A DNA stretch of 63,232 nucleotides, counting the filler, from Octopus bimaculoides (lineage: Eukaryota): the NCBI RefSeq assembly GCF_001194135.2. It is 5 parts of 4 records of this genome, joined end to end, with 100 filler letters (N's around TTAATTAATTAA, not from the genome) between each part and the next. Parts side by side here need not be neighbours in the genome. Positions count along the whole stretch, not along the records: positions 40,641 to 59,294 come from NC_068990.1; positions 59,395 to 63,232 come from NC_069001.1; 3 more parts are not named here. One strand, written 5' to 3'. Shown piece after piece: positions 50,099 to 63,232 of this stretch. Under the pieces are notes generated by a model, which ran no database searches, was not told the origin of the DNA, and saw only the letters and a program-made list of their open reading frames with translations. The position numbers were made by a program, and so were the translations under genes. Within the stretch, counting starts at the first letter, position 1; every line of letters begins with the position of its first letter.

Positions 50099-53011
50099 TT
50101 GCATTGAAGATTTAGGTCTGGTTTGGTAATAATAATAAATGTTTTAAATGGCAACAATACAAGCCGCAATGATGTTGACGACAATTTAAGTTGATAAATA
50201 TGGTGGTAATAGTAATAATAATGTCTAGCTTTAGTACAAGGGACCTCGGCGTTTTGGGTAATACAATCGGTCTTAAAGTGACTTTGTCAAAATACACAAA
50301 GAATACTCACCGAAACACTGCCAATTCTATCATTCATCGATAGTTTCTTGAGAAGGTAAATTAATTGCACCTTGCTCCAGTCTACTTAACTGCAATGATT
50401 AGCAGTCAGGGTGCTGAAGCAGTCTCCCTCATAGCCTGACTTTCTTCAGCCGTCACATACTCTGGCCCCGCGCCTTTAACCTACCACGGTCAAAATCGAG
50501 AAGGTAGAGAGGATGCCTGTGTCTGTTTGTCACTACACATGCACCCAAACAATAAGTGAAAACATGGTGCATGTTACAAAGTCATATTCATTCGCGAGTG
50601 ACTGCAGCTTGTAATACTTTCTCTTTGTAAAAATATAGTTATTGTTATTACACTTTCGTTAGGTCCTGTTTATCATAACTGGGAATTAGTAAACGCTTGT
50701 GTCATGTTATTTATTTCCTTATCAAGTTAATTACTGCTATCGTTGTAGTCTTTCTTTACAAACATCTTGGCCTCATGCTTTTTCCTACTTGGAAGATGTA
50801 GTGTGAGTATAGTTTTTGACATATAATATCACCTTGGTTTAGGATGTAGGGTGCTCTGGGTAGACATAGTACCTTTGATGCCTCGCACGCTACTCCCTAC
50901 CAAGTAGATTGGACGGGTATCACTGTGTCTCACTCACCTCTAAATCTTTCGTGTGTTTGCTTCAAATTCCTAACTTCGGTACACCACCTTAGCTGGCGGG
51001 CATTGACACTGCATTACAAGGTGGATGGAAGAGCTGCGGCAACGGAGCTCGGTCGCAGCGAAGGAGTCTCAGAAAGACCAACGATTAGGTGTCCATGACT
51101 GAAGGTGATCCATAGTATGTTTCATGGACATCAGCTTGCAGTCAACAGAGACAGCTCCACTAACAATCTATTTCCTAAATGCAAGGGGCTGGGCTACAGG
51201 TTAGTACACTTTCCCCGGAAAACCTTCAAGTTATGAAAAGAGTTCAAAGTGCAAAAGCATCGCAGCTGGAGTACTTTGCACCATGCGTTGTTCGACGAGA
51301 GAACACCTAAATGTAAGTTATTAGGTTTGGTAACACAATGACACCTGGTAGTGTAGCGGTATGCTTACAAGGTTTGGTATTACAGCGGTGTAGTGATGTG
51401 ATGATAATAATGTCATCTTGTCATGTCAGACAGTGATGTAGTTTCTCTGCATAATGTAGAAAGTCGAAGATAGAGAAAGCTGGAAGGAGGAGATGATTGA
51501 CTAATCGAAAAATTAAATCGGAAGATATCAGAAAATAAAAAGCAATTAAAACATAATTAAATTCAATGTTAACTAAAACAGGATAAAACGAAGACTTTCG
51601 TTAGCTGCGAATTATCGACTGACATATTGAAGTCTTCAAACAACAAAATCACCAAGAATCACGAAATCAACCGCAAGAGCAGCAGCAGCGGCAATAACAA
51701 ACAAAACTATCAATATTAACACGAAAAATACTGTAAGACGGAAATGAAATGAAACAGTAAAAGAGAAAGGAGAGGTGAAAGCAATTTTCAATTGCATGTT
51801 ATATAATTGCTCTTCATTTTGTAAAATTTGCGGTACTGGCATTCATCACGAAATTATTGTAACAAGCAGTGAGTTGTGGTAGTAGAAAGCCGTCGTCGAG
51901 GAGAATGAATACTTCAGACAAACCGAGAACTTCTGTCAAGTTCATGACTTGTGTCTGTGAAGTAGCTTTGATTCCTGTTGAAATATCAATTCACAAATAT
52001 GTTTGAGAAAATCATGAGCATACAGCATCAAATTTTTCGTCTCGTATAAAATGTTTGATTTCTTGTCGAAATCATAAGTTCTGATTTGTGTTATTCTAGA
52101 GTTAAAGTTTCAGAATACATTTATTGAAAGACGTTTTAAAGAGGTTTTGTAAGGAAAAATGTATGGTTCTGTGCATGTTAGTACGACGTTATAGCAGTAT
52201 GCTGGAATAAAGTTTGAAACTATAAAATAAACAAAAATATATTACATTGTGAATGTAGCGTATTTCAGCTTCATCTTTCAGATCAACTCCATAGTTGTTT
52301 ATATTTTGCACAAAAGAATTATCATGCAGGATATATTTCTGGTTGTGATACTTTGTGTTACCGCGCTCGGCCACAAAGGTGGAATAACACCGATAAGGTT
52401 TTGTTATAATCCACTCATTACAAAGAGCTAATATTTGGATGAAAATTATCGTTCTTTCATCTTTCTACGAGAATTTTCATATAGAAAATTTTAAAGAATG
52501 CTTCCTTAAATAATGTTTCCTTAAAGACATATATCAGTTGTACTTTGGATGTGCTGGGAAAAGATGTAAATGAGAAGAGGTGATCTTATCACATACCTGC
52601 TGACGTAGAGTAAACAATTTTACGTATGTCTGTGCTAACAGTCTATGAACACTTAAGTTTGTTTCTAGTATTTTATTATTAGTAATAATTATTGGACCAA
52701 GCGGACTTATGCTTATCTGGATTCTTATAACATTCGGTCTTTCATCCGTAATATCACCGCATTAAGTGTAGGCCAATATTATCATACAGTTAAAATAAAC
52801 AAAATCGTGTGTTATACACCGGCAAATAAGATCGTTCATTCTTATTTCAAGTTGACCTCTCTTCAGACATTGCTGATGATGAATAAAGCAAGACTATAGT
52901 TTCAATCCCAAATGTGTTTACTTCTGAAAATGTAGGGAAATAAAATGGCTACGAAGGTAGAGTGCTTCGTTCTATTTTGTATTGTTCTTTATATCTTTAT
53001 CTCTTTTTATA

Positions 53012-53444
53012 GGCGCAGGAGTGGCTCTGTGCTAAGTAGCTTGCTTACCAACCACATGGTTCCGGGTTCGGTCCCATTGCATGGCACCTTGGGCCCCATT
53101 GCATGGCACCTTGGGCAAGTGTCTTCTACTATAGCCTCGGGCCGACCAGTCCTTATGAGTGGATTTGGTAGACGGAATCTGAAAGAAGCCCGTCGTATAT
53201 GTGTATAAATGTGTGTGTATGAGTGTGTGTGACTGTGTTTGTACGCCCCCCCCCCAATATCGCTTGACAACCGATGCTGGTGTGTTTACGTCCCCGGAAC
53301 TTAGCGGTTCGGCAAAAGAGACCGATAGAATAAGTACTAGGCATCCAAAGAATAAGTCATGGGGTCGATTTGCTCGACTAAAAGTGGTCCTCCAGCATGG
53401 CCACAGTCAAATGACTGAAACAAGTAAAAGAGAGTAAAAGAGAG
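53012..53444 (+). mobile_element. SINE family A, best-preserved copy, with internal 22-bp tandem duplication (53073-53116)
   Basis: A-box-like GTGGCTCTGTGCTAAG, B-box-like GGGTTCGGTCCC, microsatellite middle and AGTAAAAGAG tail. Confidence 0.85.
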
Positions 53445-53819
53445 ATCTTGGTGTATAAGCTTATTACTAATTTAGCAATGTTCACTATTCTTTAACGGTA
53501 TAAATCACTAACTTGAAAAATAGCGTCGTTGATGCTAGATTTCCAAAGCGTTAATAATTAGTTCATTGAATCTTTGATAGGAGAGGAAACAAGGGAGAAG
53601 AATGAATATCGCAAATGATTCTCTATGCAAAAAGCTGGTTATTTGAAACTTTTGCTGATGATTATATCAGCAAACATTTACACACCTAATATCATAAACA
53701 CATACACGTATACACACGAGCACACACACACACGTAATTACATAGAGCGTATGATGATTCCTCATTGGTTTGAATTGCAACTGAAAAGTACTCAATAATG
53801 TGATTTAGAGTGGAATAGC

Positions 53820-53873
<54 letters not shown>

Positions 53874-54668
53874 CACACACATATCCGTGTGTGTGTGAAT
53901 GTGTGTGTACGTGCAGGTGTACGCGTACGTGTATGTGAGTGCTTATTGTTCTTGGAAAGAAACGGTTTATAGTTTCGGTTATGTATCCTTCAGCAGAACA
54001 TGTAAACCAAGCCGAATAAATAGATGTAAAGAATAAATGAATTAATACATATGGTGCAGGGGTGGCTTCATGGCGCAGGAGTGGGTATGTGGTAAGAAAC
54101 TTGCTTCCCAACTTCATGGTTCGGGGTTTAGTCTCTCTGCGCGGCAACTTTTCTTATTTTCTTTCTCTGCTTGTTTCTGTGTTCCTTTTTGTTGAAGAGC
54201 ATAGGCTCGAAACGTAAAAGACGTTCTCACTTCCCGAGCGTTAAACTAATACATCTGTTTGTTGTTTACACTCCCGTCTTCGTCTTATTTTTGCAAATTC
54301 CAACTATATATATATATATATATATATATAGTAGAAATGTGTTAAAAACAAAAAATAGAGACTACACGTGGAAATGTAAGGAGAAAGTAAGCAGAAAAAT
54401 AAGAGAAAAATGCACATTGGATATCAAAAAGAAGGTAAGGCTTTTTATGAAAAGTAACGATATGTATATACAATTAGATCAACTGAGGTAGGAATAAAGG
54501 TAAAAAAGTCATTATTGTGAGTTATATATATNNNNNNNNNNNNNNNNNNNNNNNNNNNNNNNNNNNNNNNNNNNNNNNNNNNNNNNNNNNNNNNNNNNNN
54601 NNNNNNNNNNNNNNNNNNNNNNNNNNNNNNNNNNNNNNNNNNNNNNNNNNNNNNNNNNNNNNNNNNNN

Positions 54669-54719
<51 letters not shown>

Positions 54720-56165
54720 TACATATGTGTATATATATATGTATATGTATATACTTATATATGTATATATGTAAATACACATATATATATACATATATAT
54801 GTGTTTCTGCGTGTGGTGAGTGACGTGCACGCGCCTGTATGTATGCATAGTTTTTTTTAATTAATAGAGTTTGTCCTGTGACTCGAATTTCACGCTTGTG
54901 CAACCAACTGGCAAAACAGTGATCACGCTGGCGTAAAATTCAAGTCACAAGTCATATTCTCAGCTTCAATTTTAGTGAGTAATTTATCCTCTACAACATT
55001 TATTGATAACTTTCTTATTTGTCTGAACATTGCTATCTCTTTGTGTTTCCACAGTAACGAGCTTGTTCACACTAAGACACATGCTTAACTGGCTTCCGGC
55101 ATAATTTTGCTCATTCAGATTATACTCATAATATTATTCAACAAGAGCTATAGCAGAAGACACATGCTCTGCAGCGTAGTGAGATCGAACTCAGTTCGAG
55201 GCGAAGAGGTAACAGATAGCATTACCACAATACCAGAAGAACTCCGATGGAAAGAATTTATTTCATTGATCCATTGATATCTGATAAATCATTATCAATA
55301 ATACAATGGATCAATTCACTATGTTATAACTAACATTTTATTTTTCGGAAAGTGGCTATGTGTCTAATCAAAATCAATTATATATGTGTATGTATGTGTA
55401 TCACTCTCTCCCTCCCTCTTTTTTTCTCTCTTTATATATATATATATATATATNNNNNNNNNNNNNNNNNNNNNNNNNNNNNNNNNNNNNNNNNNNNNNN
55501 NNNNNNNNNNNNNNNNNNNNNNNNNNNNNNNNNNNNNNNNNNNNNNNNNNNNNNNNNNNNNNNNNNNNNNNNNNNNNNNNNNNNNNNNNNNNNNNNNNNN
55601 NNNNNNNNNNNNNNNNNNNNNNNNNNNNNNNNNNNNNNNNNNNNNNNNNNNNNNNNNNNNNNNNNNNNNNNNNNNNNNNNNNNNNNNNNNNNNNNNNNNN
55701 NNNNNNNNNNNNNNNNNNNNNNNNNNNNNNNNNNNNNNNNNNNNNNNNNNNNNNNNNNNNNNNNNNNNNNNNNNNNNNNNNNNNNNNNNNNNNNNNNNNN
55801 NNNNNNNNNNNNNNNNNNNNNNNNNNNNNNNNNNNNNNNNNNNNNNNNNNNNNNNNNNNNNNNNNNNNNNNNNNNNNNNNNNNNNNNNNNNNNNNNNNNN
55901 NNNNNNNNNNNNNNNNNNNNNNNNNNNNNNNNNNNNNNNNNNNNNNNNNNNNNNATATATATATATATATATACATACACACATATATATACATATATAT
56001 ATACGTGTGTGTGTCTATGCATATATATATTATATGTCTATTTATATATTTGCATATATATATATACTTATAAATATATATATATATATATGTATACATA
56101 TGTATGTAGGTATATATATATATGTATACATATGTATGTAGGTATATATATATATNNNNNNNNNN

Positions 56166-56222
<57 letters not shown>

Positions 56223-57043
56223 AAATATTTATTTGTATGTATGTATGTATGTGTATGTGTATTTTTTGACACACACATATATATATGCTAATAGAAACAC
56301 ATACATATATGTATTTCGATATTATTTGATTTTTTTTTCTTTTTTAATCTCTTGTGTTACATTGGATTCATATCAATCTTACCAGAGGTGTAAACAAATA
56401 TATATACATATAAAAGATATAACTGAAATTGTTGTCCTATTTTTGCTGTCTGTTTTTGAATTCTAATTTCAAAAGTTAGCAATTAGGTAATATTTATTTC
56501 AAGCATGACTGAATGTGTCTCGGTAATTCCGAAGACATTGGAGATAAAAGGGGGGAAAATGACAAATAGAAAATGGTCATTTTTGAGGCAAGAAGGCTTG
56601 TTTATATTGTACACGCTTGAGTGAATTCATCGTATTTAATGTTTTTCCTGAATTAGTTTCAATTCCCAAGTTGGATTCGCTTGACTGACGCTGGGATGAT
56701 ACATCAGAGACCTCACAGCTAATCATATGTAATGTTTAATATAATTAAATATTTATTATAATCAATTTGATGATTACAGGCCAAATTACTGCACAGTAAC
56801 GTACATACACACAATCATATAATACGATATAATATAATATAATATAATATAATATAATATAATATAATATAATATGATATGATATATTATATTATATTAT
56901 ATTATATTATATATATATATATATATATATGTATAGTGTTAGAGAGATAGAGAGATAGATAGATACAATATTCATTTGCATATATAACCTATCCATCCAT
57001 ACACGCTTTCCCTTCACTTCCTACCTTTCTACACACACACACA

Positions 57044-57156
<113 letters not shown>

Positions 57157-58169
57157 TTCTTTATGCTTGAGCCTGTTTTGATTGCTGCCCACTCCACTTG
57201 ATGGATTTGATGAAACAAATCGTCTCCAGTACTTATTTTAATACATAGCAGTTATTCTTTCCGTTTCTTTTCACTAAGTTACAGGAACGTAAGCAAACCA
57301 ACACCATTTCTCAAGAGATGTTTGGGAACAAACAGAAACACACATAGATATAGCCATACATGCATACAAACATGCATACATACAGATATACAATCATACA
57401 AACACAGAAAGAGAGAGAGAGAGAGACTGAGAGAGAGACACCATAAACACACACGCGCACACACACGCATACACACACATGTTACTGCGATGTATTTACC
57501 TTCTAATTGTTTTGATTTGAGATCTTGTAGCGAAACAAAAGCTAATAAGAAGTACTCAAAGATCCTTAACTTCCCTTAAATGTTTACTTGTAATAAATAT
57601 GGTGCCAAAAATTCGTGGTTCAGTAACAAAAGCATACATATATATATAGTTATATTTTTCTTATGAAAGATACAGACCACATAGAACTGCTCACTCTGAT
57701 CCTGAGACGTTAAACAAGTATAATAAATGGAATGGAGAAAGTTCAAATCAGGCAAACTACAATAAACACATATGTATACGAATTTAATTTAAAATAAAAA
57801 TTGTCCCCAAAATATATTGATATACTAAAAATACATATAAAATATATGTAAAAATATAAAAATATATGAATATTAAAAATATATATGGAGATATAAATAT
57901 ATGAATATACAAATACAGTAATAATATACTGTAGTATGGGATTATAGACAAAATCGTTTTTTAAAAAAGAATTAAAGAGAAAATAATGCCAAGGTATGAG
58001 GTAACTGGATGCTTTTATGGAGGAACAGATATATCTATGCAAATGGTGGAAGTCCATATGAGGGCAGATGGGAGTAAAAGTTAGATTACTTATCTCTGTG
58101 TTAAAATTTATATTTATATTGGCAATATCGTGTTATAGGTAATATGACGTTAAGTTGTGCGGCGTAACT

Positions 58170-58910
58170 TAATAAGTCTACTGTGGAGTACATTTCGATT
58201 TAAAAAGTCTCGTGACAGTTGAGTAATATCTGTGGTTACACGAATAAATAACATCGGTAGAATTATACAGGCGGAGGATAGAGTATTTTATGCACATTCT
58301 ACGTCCGCCCATAATCGTGTTGTATGAAGGGGCGGGGTTAAGATAATGTGTAATTGATGTTCTGTAATTTAAATCATTAATGTATCTTGATAGTGCCGTT
58401 GAGTTTTTATATTTTAGCTTACTGAAGGAATATAAATGGGTTCTATATCGTCTCTTAAAAACTGTAGTGATTACTATGTATACCCTTATTTGGCGTTTCT
58501 CATTTGCCACATTGCAATTATAAATTACATTTTTACGTAAACAAAATCCAGCAACCGGACATAATTCAGCGACCCTATAGCTACAAGTTTTTGATTTCCT
58601 ATCTTTAATTTTACGCGGATTTATTAAGGTTGTGTCGGGATTGATTGCGTTTAGATTTAGATAGACTTACTTTCTTATTTTATTAATTTTATTTGGACTT
58701 ATATGCGTTACCTTATGGTGATCTAAGCTTTTTGTCATTTGAAGTTTGGAGTTTATTTATATTTGTGGATGCAACTATAGATCCTAAATTCGGCATGGTA
58801 GAGTTAACTTTAGAGAGTATCTGTTAAATATGGGGTAACATTTGTGGTCCTTAGGAAAATTTAATTTCTAAATCTTAAAGCACAGTTTTGGTAAATTTTT
58901 GACTCTGAGA
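58170..58910 (-). mobile_element. Decayed PLE C-terminal region of a different lineage (Naiad-like linker plus GIY-YIG)
   Basis: Manual translation gives FPKDHKCYPIFNRYSLK, MPNLGSIVAS.N and CSYRVAELCPVAGFCLRKNVIY...VYIVITTVFKRRYRTH..SF...KYKNSTALSRYI. The clade name is from recollection only. Confidence 0.7.
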
Positions 58911-58974
58911 GAAAATGAGGGGGGAGGGGCGAACCAGATAATTTCTCTTATTCTAGATTTATATATGTATATAT

Positions 58975-59294
58975 ATCTTCCCTAACCGACCCCTCCCCTC
59001 CTTCAAACGAGCCTACAACCTACGAGACCTCTTGATCCACAGCTTCTTCCCTAACCCAACCTCTAACCCGGCTCGTTCCCCTGCTCCCGCCCACGCTGCT
59101 GCACTTGCTCTTACCTCTCCAACATCACCGACCCTATCACATCACCGACTCCTTCTCCTGCACTTCTACCAATATCATCTACTGCATCTCCTGCTCTCTC
59201 TGCTCTTCTCTATACATCGGGCAAACGGGACGCCGCTTGGCTGACCGGTTTGCAGAACGCCTCCGAGACATCCGACTCGGCAAAGGCACCCCAG
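58975..59294 (+). mobile_element. GIY-YIG fragment of the pyrimidine-rich PLE family seen at 34916-35535
   Basis: HITDSFSCTSTNIIYCISCSLCSSLYIGQTGRRLADRFAE; its 5' end overlaps the 3' end of the 34916-35535 fragment. Confidence 0.85.
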
Positions 59295-59338
59295 NNNNNN
59301 NNNNNNNNNNNNNNNNNNNNNNNNNNNNNNNNNNNNNN

Positions 59339-59350
59339 TTAATTAATTAA
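59339..59350. other. Artificial TTAATTAATTAA linker in 100-bp gap
   Basis: 44 N on each side. Confidence 0.9.
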
Positions 59351-59890
59351 NNNNNNNNNNNNNNNNNNNNNNNNNNNNNNNNNNNNNNNNNNNNACATGT
59401 ATTCATACATAAATACATATATATGTGTGAGCGTTTGTACATGACAGTATGTATGTGTTTATATACACACATTTGTGTATGTAGATGTAGATGTGTATAT
59501 ATATATATATATATACGTGTGTGTGTGTGTCTGAGTAGGTGTATGTATACTCTCACCGTACTTAGAGAACCACCTTGTGTAATGAATTAAAAATTCTATC
59601 CATGCAAAACATCGACAGATTTCTGCAAAATATATCTTTATCAGTTTTAAATTTTAAACGAAGGATATTATCACGTGATAATCAATTAAGTGATGCATTT
59701 ACCTGAGGTCATGTGGTTCATTTGCTCTTGTTTGTATTGTTGTTATTGACCTTATAGTTGTAAACACCGTATAGAATATCAACTAGACATCGTTATGTAA
59801 CATTGACAATAAACAAATGAGAATAATCGTTGAAGTCACTACACAGCGTGTGAATTAATATCATTGCTTTTGCTGTTGATATTGTTGTTG

Positions 59891-59943
<53 letters not shown>

Positions 59944-60829
59944 GAATGAGAGAGCAGCGTATGCCATCAAAGTGACGCCGGAGTTTAAATATACGAAGCC
60001 CAATATACCCATCATGACTACCCGTCTGATAATGGGTACACCAGGCTCATGCATCACAACCATTCGATGCCAAAAATTCGATATATTTGTTTTCGTTCAG
60101 AAAATTACTTTGCATTGATTAGACAAATTCCACAACGTGCTGATGTTCTCAATTTATATAAACCAAAATATTCTCTTCTGCGTTCGTATCACGTGACGAA
60201 GAAATCTGTTGAAATTATCAACCTACTTTCCGACATACAATTTGACGTAGCATGTAGCATAAACATTCAAACGGTGTCACCATTTTCCCAAATTCTGCTG
60301 GATTTCACATGGACTCTTAAGTCCTCTACAGCCGTCTTCGTGTATAAGTCGACCAATCTGTTTTGGTTGTTAACATTCGGCTTGTACGAGAAATACGTTA
60401 ATCCCTATACAATCCAGCCATTTTGAAACAAAAAAAAAGGTTCATTTTTATTGGTATATTGTTTTGTGTCCCTCTAGTTATACAAATTACAAATTCTTTA
60501 GCTTAAATAATGGTTTCAAATTCAAAAGTGAACTCGTTGTGATTCCTAAGATCTTTCGGTTCATTCCTGCACAACATTTCGATAATGTGTTATGTCAATA
60601 ATTACAACACTATTGTCTCTCTCTTTATTTTATCACGTAAAATAATGTCAAGGTTAATATGCACCGTCTGTTGGGCTGCTTGTATGTCTGTGTGTCTGTA
60701 GGTTCCACAATATTTTCGTATTGTTCGTCTTTAAGATAGGAGGAGAGGTGTACGAGTACTAGAGGAATGTAATTTTTTTTTCCTTGAATGTGAAATTGTG
60801 TGACTGGGTGTGAATAAAGTAGCTTTATC

Positions 60830-60960
60830 ACCATCATCACCATCATCATCATCATCATCGTCATCACTATCGTTATTGTTGTTAATCTAATTATTAGTAT
60901 TAACAGTTTTGTAATTATTGTTATTGTTATTGTTGCTATTAACCCCATCGTCATCATCAC

Positions 60961-61008
<48 letters not shown>

Positions 61009-61660
61009 CATTATTATTATTATCATCAGTAGCAGCAGCACTGCGACGGCATCGAATTCCTTTCTTGAATAGCTGTGATCAATATTTTGAAAGCAAGTCA
61101 TAAAAAATCAATACCCCACCCACTGCCCTCTCTCTCTCTCTCTCTCTCTCTCTCGCACTCCCACCCCAGCTCTATGAGAGTCGACTCATTATATTTTCAT
61201 TAATTTATATTTATATATATATTTATTTATATCAGACACGTTTTTAATTTTAATTTTTTTCTCTTATTTTATTCTAATCAAATTACAACCGCTGTAGTTG
61301 TTGTTGTTATCATCATCATCATCATCATTATCATCATCATTATTATCATCATCATCTTTATCATCATCATCATTATTATTGTTATTATTATCATTATTAT
61401 TACGATTGTCGTTTTCTCTGTCGTTACTCTTGTTGTTGTTATTGCAAGCTCTGTCAAAGTTGAATTCAATTCTTGGAACTTCCCTTTCATTCGTTTTTGT
61501 TTCCCTGTCTGTCAATTTCTTATTGTTGTCAATTGCTGCTGTTCTTCTTCTTGTCGCTGTTGCTGCTGTCGTTGTGTTTGTCATTCATTTTGGTGTTGTG
61601 GTATCTGCTGTAGTTGTCGTGTTCTTGTTGTTGTTCTCAATCGTGCTGTTGTATTTATTA
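60830..61660. repeat. Compound trinucleotide low-complexity region ((CAT)n, (ATT)n, (GTT)n) plus (CT)n
   Basis: Read directly. Confidence 0.85.
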
Positions 61661-61732
61661 ATGTTGCTCTAGTTTCTCTTCTTGTTTTGCAAGTTGTCCT
61701 TGTTATATATATATATATTACTTGCTGTTCGA

Positions 61733-62120
61733 GGAGGCGCAATGGCCCAGTGGTTAGGGCAGCGGAGTCGTGGTCATAGAATCGCGGTTTCGATTCCCAG
61801 ACCGGGCGTTGTGAGTGTTTAATGAGCGAAAACACCTAAAGCTCCACGAGGTTCCGGCAGGGGATGGTGGCGAACCCTGCTGTACTCTTCCATCACAACT
61901 TTCTCTCACTCTTACTTCCTGTTTCTGTTGTACCTGTATTTCAAAGGGTCAGCCTTATCACACTGTGTCACGCCGAATATCCCCGAGAACTACGTTAAGG
62001 GTACACGTGTCTGTGGAGTGCTCAGCCACTTGCACGTTAATTTCACGAGCAGGCTGTTCCGTTGATCGGATCAACTGGAACCCTCGACGTCGTAAGCGAC
62101 GGAGTGCCAACAACAACAAC
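61733..62120 (+). mobile_element. SINE family B, complete, tRNA-like head and (CAA)n tail
   Basis: GGAGGCGCAATGGCCCAGTGGTTAGGGC...GGTTTCGATTCCCAG head; its 3' half is shared with family C. Confidence 0.85.
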
Positions 62121-62531
62121 TTGCTGTTNNNNNNNNNNNNNNNNNNNNNNNNNNNNNNNNNNNNNNNNNNNNNNNNNNNNNNNNNNNNNNNNNNNNNNNN
62201 NNNNNNNNNNNNNNNNNNNNNNNNNNNNNNNNNNNNNNNNNNNNNNNNNNNNNNNNNNNNNNNNNNNNNNNNNNNNNNNNNNNNNNNNNNNNNNNNNNNN
62301 NNNNNNNNNNNNNNNNNNNNNNNNNNNNNNNNNNNNNNNNNNNNNNNNNNNNNNNNNNNNNNNNNNNNNNNNNNNNNNNNNNNNNNNNNNNNNNNNNNNN
62401 NNNNNNNNNNNNNNNNNNNNNNNNNNNNNNNNNNNNNNNNNNNNNNNNNNNNNNNNNNNNNNNNNNNNNNNNNNNNNNNNNNNNNNNNNNNNNNNNNNNN
62501 NNNNNNNNNNNNNNNNNNNNNNNNNNNNNNN

Positions 62532-62532
62532 N

Positions 62533-62566
<34 letters not shown>

Positions 62567-62779
62567 TGCCATTATTACTGTTATTATTACTATTATGATT
62601 GCTATATTGTTGTCGTTACTACCACCACCACCACCACTACTACTACCACTACTATTACTACTACTACCACTACTACTACCACCACCACTACTACTACTCC
62701 TACTATTACCACCACTACTACTACTACTACTACTACCACCACTACCACTACCACCACCACCACCACTACCACTACCACC

Positions 62780-62820
<41 letters not shown>
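62532..62820. repeat. (ATT)n/(ACT)n/(ACC)n compound microsatellite
   Basis: Read directly. Confidence 0.9.
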
Positions 62821-62821
<1 letters not shown>

Positions 62822-63232
62822 GCTCGTTGCACCCTCAGTCCGGGAACTATGGAAGTGATACCAGCAGAAAATAGGAAATTGCGTTAATTCTGTGTCTCGA
62901 AGCATGTTGGTATGCTGAGGAAACTGTATTTAATTAACAAGGTGATTAGTAATTAGAGGGCGAGCAGAGAGGGGTCGGCTGGGACGTTGTTGTTGCCTAG
63001 CTCCAGATCAGCCCTGATTAAACAGCAGTATCATCATCAAAGACATCCCAAACATGACTGTCTCGTCTTCTTCATAATATCAAAGCCTACATTCATCTCT
63101 TTTTCCCCGCCAAAGATGTCTGATCGGATTTAATGAAATTCAGCTGCTATTTCTAGCAGATCGCGTGTGCACGTAGAAATTCTCTGGATCTTTCAAATAT
63201 ACGGGAGTAAGCATACATTTATGATTATATAT

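Noticed and set aside
50800-51310. GC-richer stretch resembling a LINE 5' UTR
   Set aside because: No downstream EN/RT motifs; the resemblance is only impressionistic.
61733-61810. tRNA genes (also 33775, 32955, 19732, 53012)
   Set aside because: The A/B-box heads lack a closed acceptor stem and continue into multi-copy SINE bodies.

Overview
AT-rich, microsatellite-dense eukaryotic DNA, most likely from an octopus or other coleoid. That assignment is inferred from my recollection of the SINE/RTE families and was not database-checked. The only host gene I can support is a partial TMEM245 orthologue (AI-2E-family membrane protein). It has four + strand GT-AG exons (7542-7664, 11431-11567, 15252-15352, 19311-19485) that splice into one 536-nt reading frame; none is recognised as an exon by the ORF track, and the expected upstream and final exons are not visible. 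Everything else is repeat-derived: at least four tRNA-headed SINE types, RTE-clade LINEs (one near full-length dead copy, one internally deleted derivative, many 3' ends, a Rex3-like fragment), a CR1-group remnant, several distinct Penelope-like elements (PLEs), two decayed mariners, and mini/microsatellites. Four artificial TTAATTAATTAA linkers sit in 100-bp gaps and cut the window into five segments whose adjacency is unproven. The most notable observations are three hammerhead-ribozyme-like motifs (best at 38531-38581), CpG decay confined to repeats in the TMEM245 segment, modular SINE architecture, inverted SINE pairs in TMEM245 introns, and a duplication recurring at the same site in two RTE copies. 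I found no convincing evidence for a wholly new biological system.
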